Shown here in pieces: positions 26,618 through 31,487 of a stretch of DNA of 31,487 bases. The stretch is from a virus (Duplodnaviria > Caudoviricetes), in the IMG/VR virus record IMGVR_UViG_3300020045_011189, positions 1 to 31,487 of that record, one strand, 5' to 3'. Positions within the stretch are counted from its first letter, which is position 1. Each line of letters starts with the position of its first letter. Under the pieces are notes generated by a model. The model made no database searches, had not been told where the DNA came from, and was given only the letters and a program-made list of their open reading frames with translations. The translations under genes and the position numbers were made by a program.

Positions 26618-26623
26618 TGGCTT
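26604..26623. terminator. bidirectional terminator between moron and terL
   Basis: AAGCCACT-TCAT-AGTGGCTT hairpin. Confidence 0.55.
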
Positions 26624-28310
26624 ATAACTCCAATAATCCCCTAGTATTATAAATGCTTTCTTCTTCTTTTTCTTCGATGTCTTTTATTGCAATTCCTAGT
26701 GCCATAGCTATGGCTACCATTCCATCGACCTTGTCAATAGACTTATCTTTGTCTATTTTGATATTATCTGATGGATCACGCCTTAACACTACATTTGAAC
26801 ACATCCAATTTAAAACTTCATTTTTGTCATGATTTAGTTTTCCTTGAAGTGCTAAAACTTCTATTTGTTTTGTTGGGGCGGACATTGAAGCATAACCTTG
26901 CCCAAACTGTATCATTTCAGTAACTTCATCTTCTGTTAATCTTCTAACCAAGTCTGAACTGTTCCATCTATCATAGGCTATCATTTTTACATTAAAGAAA
27001 TTACACAATCTCTTAATGTGTTTCTCAATAAAAGCATAATCAACTACATTTCCCTCAGTAGTTTTGATTAATCCTTTTTTTACCCAGTCAAAATAAGGTA
27101 CTTTATCTCTTCGGACTCTTTCAATCATATTATCTTTAGGTATCCAAAAGTAAGGAATTACATCAAAACCACTATTTCCATCATCAAAAATAAGAACTAA
27201 TGCGGTAATATCTGTACAAGATGATAAGTCAAGTCCACCATAACATTTTCTATTTTTAAGTTGTTTTAGTTTATTGAATCCTATTTTTTGTTGGTTATTG
27301 TTCCAAACACTATTTTTAATCCAAACATCTGCTTTATCACACCAAACGCTCAAGTGCTTTGTTAAAAACGATATTCTTGATTGCTCACTTTGTTCTGCTT
27401 GTAAAACTTTGTTTCTCATATATGAAGATGTTGGAGAAAGAGGATATCCTGGATTTGCCTTTTTCCATACTTCTTCGTTTTTCCAAAAATCAGGGTCTTC
27501 TAAATCTTCTTCACTAGGCTCAAATAAAACAGAATAAAAACTTTCATCTTTAATTATTCCTTGCTGTATTTTTTTAGCATATAGATAAATATCTTTATAA
27601 AAAAAACCTTGAAGATTGTAACCAGCTGTACTCATTATAATCTCTAAAGGATTATTTCTACCAGCTTGTCCATCTGTGATGATTTGATATAAATTCTTAT
27701 TTGCGTAGCTATGTGGCTCATCTATTAAGGCTAAAGATACATTTAATCCATCTTTACTGTCTGCTGTACTTGACAATGCTATATACTCATCTATAAAAGC
27801 ACCATTATATTTTGATACTCTAGGAGGTTGAATTGTAGTTTTAACCATTTCTTGAAGTTCTGGGGTTTGTTTTATCATTGTAGTGAAAGCTTTATGAAGT
27901 ATTTTAGCTTGTTCCAAATCACTAGCCATTGAATAGCATTCTTTCGCTTTTTCATCATCTAAAAAAAAATATAAGATAGTTAATAACGCTCCAAAAGTGG
28001 ATTTACCACCTTTTTTACTCATAAATAATAAGACTCTTTGATATCTCCTTAGTCCTTTAAATTCTCCTTGTCTGTGCTTTGTTGCAAATACATCAATAAT
28101 TAATTTTATTTGAAAGTCCATAAACTGAAATGTTATACCTCCAAACTCTCCCGCTGGCAATTTCATTAAAGAAGCAAATTTTATATATTTATATGCTAAT
28201 TCTTTATCTAAATAATATTTAGGCTCACTCACATCTAAAAATTTACTTTGTTTTACTATATAATCTTTTGCAATTTTCCAAAAATACTCAGGTGGTTTTA
28301 TTTCTATCAA
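26622..28310 (-). CDS. terL: terminase large subunit
   Basis: Walker A KKGGKST, Walker B LIDEPH, STAG, W.KANP, GGLDLS..D, YDRW, DKVDG. Confidence 0.95.
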   Translation of the reverse strand: MIEIKPPEYFWKIAKDYIVKQSKFLDVSEPKYYLDKELAYKYIKFASLMKLPAGEFGGITFQFMDFQIKLIIDVFATKHRQGEFKGLRRYQRVLLFMSKKGGKSTFGALLTILYFFLDDEKAKECYSMASDLEQAKILHKAFTTMIKQTPELQEMVKTTIQPPRVSKYNGAFIDEYIALSSTADSKDGLNVSLALIDEPHSYANKNLYQIITDGQAGRNNPLEIIMSTAGYNLQGFFYKDIYLYAKKIQQGIIKDESFYSVLFEPSEEDLEDPDFWKNEEVWKKANPGYPLSPTSSYMRNKVLQAEQSEQSRISFLTKHLSVWCDKADVWIKNSVWNNNQQKIGFNKLKQLKNRKCYGGLDLSSCTDITALVLIFDDGNSGFDVIPYFWIPKDNMIERVRRDKVPYFDWVKKGLIKTTEGNVVDYAFIEKHIKRLCNFFNVKMIAYDRWNSSDLVRRLTEDEVTEMIQFGQGYASMSAPTKQIEVLALQGKLNHDKNEVLNWMCSNVVLRRDPSDNIKIDKDKSIDKVDGMVAIAMALGIAIKDIEEKEEESIYNTRGLLEL

Positions 28311-29053
28311 AGTAATCTTCCTAATGAATTTGCATATTCTTGCGGGTCTTTTGCTCTTTTATCTAAATTACATTTGCTACAAGATGCAACAAGGTTGCTA
28401 ATAGTGTGCTTTCCACCTTTTGATATGGGTATATAATGGTCAATATTTAAATCATTTTCTTTTATTTTACAATTGCACCAATAGCATATTTTTGTTTTTT
28501 GTAGTTCTATCATTTCATTAGTAGTTACATCTCCTTCTTCTCTTCTTGTTCTTCTAAGTGAGTGTGCATTTCTTTGTATAGCTTTGCCTTTGTCTGTTTT
28601 TCTATAATTTTTACTATATTCTTTAGTTTTTCCTAAATTATTTAATCTATACTTTCTATTTCTTTCAAGAATTTCTTTAGTTTTTTGTAAATATCTTTCT
28701 CTTTGGTATTTTTTTTGCTTTAATGCTATTGTTTCTTTGTTTTTTTCTCTATATCTTCTATTTCTTTCCAATAGTTTTTCTTTATTATTCTCTGCATATT
28801 TTTTAACTTGTGATTTTATAATATCTTTATCTCTTTGATATCTTTCTTTTTTTTGTTGTGAAATTTGTTCTTTATTTTCCTCGTAGTATTTTTTTTGATT
28901 ATCTTTATATTTATCTATTTTACTATTCATATAATTTTTAATACACTCTTTACAATGATGATTTTTACCATCTTTTGTTCTGTTACTTTTATTGAACTCA
29001 GTTAATTCTTTCTCGCAGTTGCACTTAGTGCATATTTTAGTAGTATATTCCAT
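28307..29053 (-). CDS. HNH homing endonuclease
   Basis: KICTKC..K..EF...DG...CKEC finger, Y/K/E/N repeats, CYWC..IDHYIPISKGGKH..NLV.SC..CN..K. Confidence 0.9.
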   Translation of the reverse strand: MEYTTKICTKCNCEKELTEFNKSNRTKDGKNHHCKECIKNYMNSKIDKYKDNQKKYYEENKEQISQQKKERYQRDKDIIKSQVKKYAENNKEKLLERNRRYREKNKETIALKQKKYQRERYLQKTKEILERNRKYRLNNLGKTKEYSKNYRKTDKGKAIQRNAHSLRRTRREEGDVTTNEMIELQKTKICYWCNCKIKENDLNIDHYIPISKGGKHTISNLVASCSKCNLDKRAKDPQEYANSLGRLL

Positions 29054-29059
29054 TGAAGC

Positions 29060-29139
29060 CCCTCAGCTCATTAATTTAGTAGAGAGATAGCTGAGGGATT
29101 GTATCTCTCAACTAAATCAATAACAAGGGTATTATAGCA
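29060..29139 (-). promoter_or_regulatory. HNH promoter and RBS-sequestering structured leader
   Basis: TG-C-TATAAT (29139-29131); 19-bp stem 29071-29089/29102-29120, loop CCCUCAGC complementary to GCUGAGGG at the RBS. Confidence 0.65.
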
Positions 29140-29141
29140 TA

Positions 29142-29879
29142 TCATTCTTCAAAACTCTCTTTACTATTTAATATATCAAAAATTGATTCTTTCTTCTCTT
29201 GTTTAATCTCTAATCCAATTCTTGAACGAATTCCAATTCCTAGCATATTAGCAATTTTTGTCATTTGAGATAAACACTTGTCAAGCACCATAAAATATGG
29301 ATGTAATTTTAAATTACCAAAACTATCAGTAGTTGTATTGTCTTGTTTTGCACTTGCAACTGTTGCAAATACCCAATTCTGATAAGAAACTGCATAAGTC
29401 AAGACTAACGCTCTATCTTGCTCTTTATAAGTGCCATTCTCTTTTAAAAGCTCTACGACTCGATTAAATTCATCTTGACCAATTTCATTTAATAAATCTG
29501 ACATTGTAAAATCTTTTGTGTCTAGTAGTGGTGGTTTGATTATGTCTTCATCATCGAAAAGATTATAATCTTCTATATCTTCGCTAATTATTTTTAAATC
29601 TTTTTTAACTTCAACTTTAAGCTTTTTATTTTTAACTTTTTTCTCTTTAATATCTTTTACAATCTTTTCAGCTTTTTCTATCACTTGTGGGTTTTTCTTT
29701 TTTTCTATATTTTTAGCATTATCTTTTTTATATCTTTCTAAATCTGTTTTTAGATATAGGTTAGGTTTTCCAGCTCCTTGTGATTTAACAGTTATATTAT
29801 GATTTTTAACTATCTTATGTAACCCTTGACGCGTTGTTATTTGTAGGAGTTGCATTGATTCGTGAGGATTTAGGTACAT
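29142..29879 (-). CDS. terS: terminase small subunit (P27-like) with N-terminal HTH-like extension
   Basis: D...L..Y...Y, G....HP, LG.G.RSR motifs; upstream of terL. Confidence 0.8.
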   Translation of the reverse strand: MYLNPHESMQLLQITTRQGLHKIVKNHNITVKSQGAGKPNLYLKTDLERYKKDNAKNIEKKKNPQVIEKAEKIVKDIKEKKVKNKKLKVEVKKDLKIISEDIEDYNLFDDEDIIKPPLLDTKDFTMSDLLNEIGQDEFNRVVELLKENGTYKEQDRALVLTYAVSYQNWVFATVASAKQDNTTTDSFGNLKLHPYFMVLDKCLSQMTKIANMLGIGIRSRIGLEIKQEKKESIFDILNSKESFEE

Positions 29880-30160
29880 TAGTTTTTAATTGCTTTTTCT
29901 ATTTCATTCTTGCATTGAGTCAATAAATCATCTCCATTATCTGTAAATTCTATTTTATACTCTATATTTTTATATAAAATAGTAAAACTATGTTCAAATG
30001 GTCTAATGTCTTTATAACTTTCAAAAAACTCATATTCTTTATAAGTAGCTGGAATAAAACCTTTATCGTACATAGTTTCCACTTTTCTTGTTGATGTAAT
30101 ATCAGTTTTGAAACTGATATTATTTTCAGTAATCCATTTTATAAAATCTTTAACTTCCAT
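29879..30160 (-). CDS. hypothetical protein
   Basis: Start MEVKDF at 30160 after GGAG. Confidence 0.55.
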   Translation of the reverse strand: MEVKDFIKWITENNISFKTDITSTRKVETMYDKGFIPATYKEYEFFESYKDIRPFEHSFTILYKNIEYKIEFTDNGDDLLTQCKNEIEKAIKN

Positions 30161-30161
30161 A

Positions 30162-30380
30162 TTAAAACTCCATCTTAATAAATAAAGCTTTATGAATGCC
30201 ACATCCTTTTATTTCATATTTTATTTTTATATTTTTATAAATTTCTTCCCATTTGGTAATATTTACATCTTCAATAAATGAAGCATATTTATCGCTAATA
30301 TTGAAATTATCATCTAAAACATCAATATAAAACTCTTTTACTTTACAGTCAATCATTCCATCTAAAATTTTTGTTTTCAT
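30162..30380 (-). CDS. hypothetical protein
   Basis: 72-aa ORF, SD AAGGA. Confidence 0.55.
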   Translation of the reverse strand: MKTKILDGMIDCKVKEFYIDVLDDNFNISDKYASFIEDVNITKWEEIYKNIKIKYEIKGCGIHKALFIKMEF

Positions 30381-30766
30381 TTAATAATCCTTATTTCTTC
30401 AATATCACTAGTTCTATTGATATTGATATACCATATTCCCTCAACTTCATTAAACCCCGTAATAATTCCTTTAAACATTAAAAGGTCATCTCTGTATTGT
30501 AATACTATGTTTTTTTCTTTTAAGTCTAAATTTTTATCTAAAAAATAGTCGAAGTGTTCTTTATTATGTTTTAAAACATATTCATCATAATGAAAATGAG
30601 AATTTATTTTTTCTACTTCTCCAAAACTTGTTTTATTAATCATTAGATTTTGCATTTTATTTGTATCCTTTGCATCTCTTAATTCTTTTTCTCTTTTTTG
30701 CTGTTCATATTTTCTTACACCTTCATCCCAATTTGCTAGGTATCCATTTTGTTCATCGTGTTGCAT
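30377..30766 (-). CDS. hypothetical protein
   Basis: 129-aa ORF, SD AAGG. Confidence 0.6.
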   Translation of the reverse strand: MQHDEQNGYLANWDEGVRKYEQQKREKELRDAKDTNKMQNLMINKTSFGEVEKINSHFHYDEYVLKHNKEHFDYFLDKNLDLKEKNIVLQYRDDLLMFKGIITGFNEVEGIWYININRTSDIEEIRIIK

Positions 30767-30780
30767 TTTTAACCTTTTCC

Positions 30781-30975
30781 TTATATTGTTTCTTCTAAAA
30801 AATCAGCAAATTCTCTCAAGGTTTTAATAAAATCTTGTTTGTTGTGTTCTTCACCATATACACCCGAAGAAGTATCTTCAATATCAACCGTATCTTTTTT
30901 TATTTCAATTCTTATACTTACTAAATTATATTGACCTTTGAAGTCTTCGTCTTCTGTGATTATTTTATTTTTCAT
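30781..30975 (-). CDS. hypothetical protein
   Basis: 64-aa ORF, SD AAGGA. Confidence 0.6.
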   Translation of the reverse strand: MKNKIITEDEDFKGQYNLVSIRIEIKKDTVDIEDTSSGVYGEEHNKQDFIKTLREFADFLEETI

Positions 30976-30985
30976 TTTAATCCTT

Positions 30986-31273
30986 TTATTTTAATATAGT
31001 ATAATTCCAGCCAAGCTTATTAAGTTCACTTTCTATATGTTCAGAAACTTTTGCATATTCACCACTGCAATACCAATCCATATAGCTACCACTTCCTCTA
31101 ATATCTGCAATTAAAGCCCCAGCATATCTAAAACTAACGGAGAAAATAGAACTATCATTATTTATCCATTCTACATTAGCTAAAGCACTCCATAGCTCCT
31201 TACAAAATTCATCATCATTTTTTATTTTATCTGAAAATAAAAGTTCAATATCTTTTTCAAAATCTCTTTTCAT
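30986..31273 (-). CDS. conserved phage hypothetical protein
   Basis: LWSALAN..W, SFRYAG.LIADIR..G.YMDWYCSG motif recalled from diverse phages. Confidence 0.65.
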   Translation of the reverse strand: MKRDFEKDIELLFSDKIKNDDEFCKELWSALANVEWINNDSSIFSVSFRYAGALIADIRGSGSYMDWYCSGEYAKVSEHIESELNKLGWNYTILK

Positions 31274-31288
31274 TTTTAATCCTCAATA

Positions 31289-31351
31289 GGTGTAAACTAC
31301 ACCAATTATTTTAAAATTGTAGCATAAGTTTTTTTAAATTGAGTTTACACC
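31289..31351 (-). promoter_or_regulatory. promoter flanked by GGTGTAAACT inverted repeats
   Basis: TTTAAAAAAACTTA-TG-C-TACAAT (31338-31316); inverted repeat at 31289-31298 and 31342-31351. Confidence 0.5.
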
Positions 31352-31383
31352 CTTAGTTTTTAAAAGTATCATCGAAAAAGATG

Positions 31384-31487
31384 GATATCAAAGAGATAAA
31401 GATATTATAAAATCACAAGTTAAAAAATATGCAGAGAATAATAAAGAAAAACTATTGGAAAGAAATAGAAGATATAAAGAAAAAAAC
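31384..31487 (+). repeat. inverted copy of HNH gene segment 28739-28842
   Basis: 104 bp, one mismatch to the reverse complement of 28739-28842. Confidence 0.85.

Noticed and set aside
457-28436. Plus-strand ORFs antisense to real genes (457, 1361, 1979, 4164, 15345, 18789, 19269, 20263, 21209, 21516, 24586, 27274, 28248) and minus ORFs 8955, 12672, 26425
   Set aside because: Shadow or alternative frames inside better-supported genes, with no recognisable motifs.

Overview
About 31.5 kb of a very AT-rich tailed phage or prophage genome: an HK97-type siphovirus, probably infecting Campylobacterota such as Arcobacter/Aliarcobacter (inferred from base composition, promoter style and the GH108 lysin). 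On the minus strand, right to left: small early-type ORFs, terS, an HNH endonuclease, terL, an antisense moron, portal, ClpP-type protease, HK97 capsid, head-tail and tail genes with a -1 frameshifted tail chaperone, tape measure, tail tip, S74-chaperone tail fibre, holin and GH108 endolysin. A convergent plus-strand accessory operon follows (9007-10533), then a divergent ~560-bp control region full of structured RNA, then the minus-strand replication/nin-like operon (GIY-YIG/T5orf172, HTH, HNH, initiator with internal iterons, DnaC-like loader, C5-methyltransferase, Cys-rich proteins, NinG). No integrase, repressor, tRNA or CRISPR array was seen. Most notable: (1) two HNH cassettes each inserted at the start codon of an essential gene, flanked by short direct repeats and supplying a near-cognate replacement start (ATC or TTG); (2) a C4/CI-like antisense RNA, leader peptide and anti-SD sRNA where cI/cro would normally sit; (3) a near-consensus chromosomal parS site in the tail operon; (4) five promoters with GWAACA starting exactly 42 bp before the -35 box; (5) two hairpin-loop:RBS pseudoknots. 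All calls are from reading the sequence by eye and from remembered family motifs; no database search was run.
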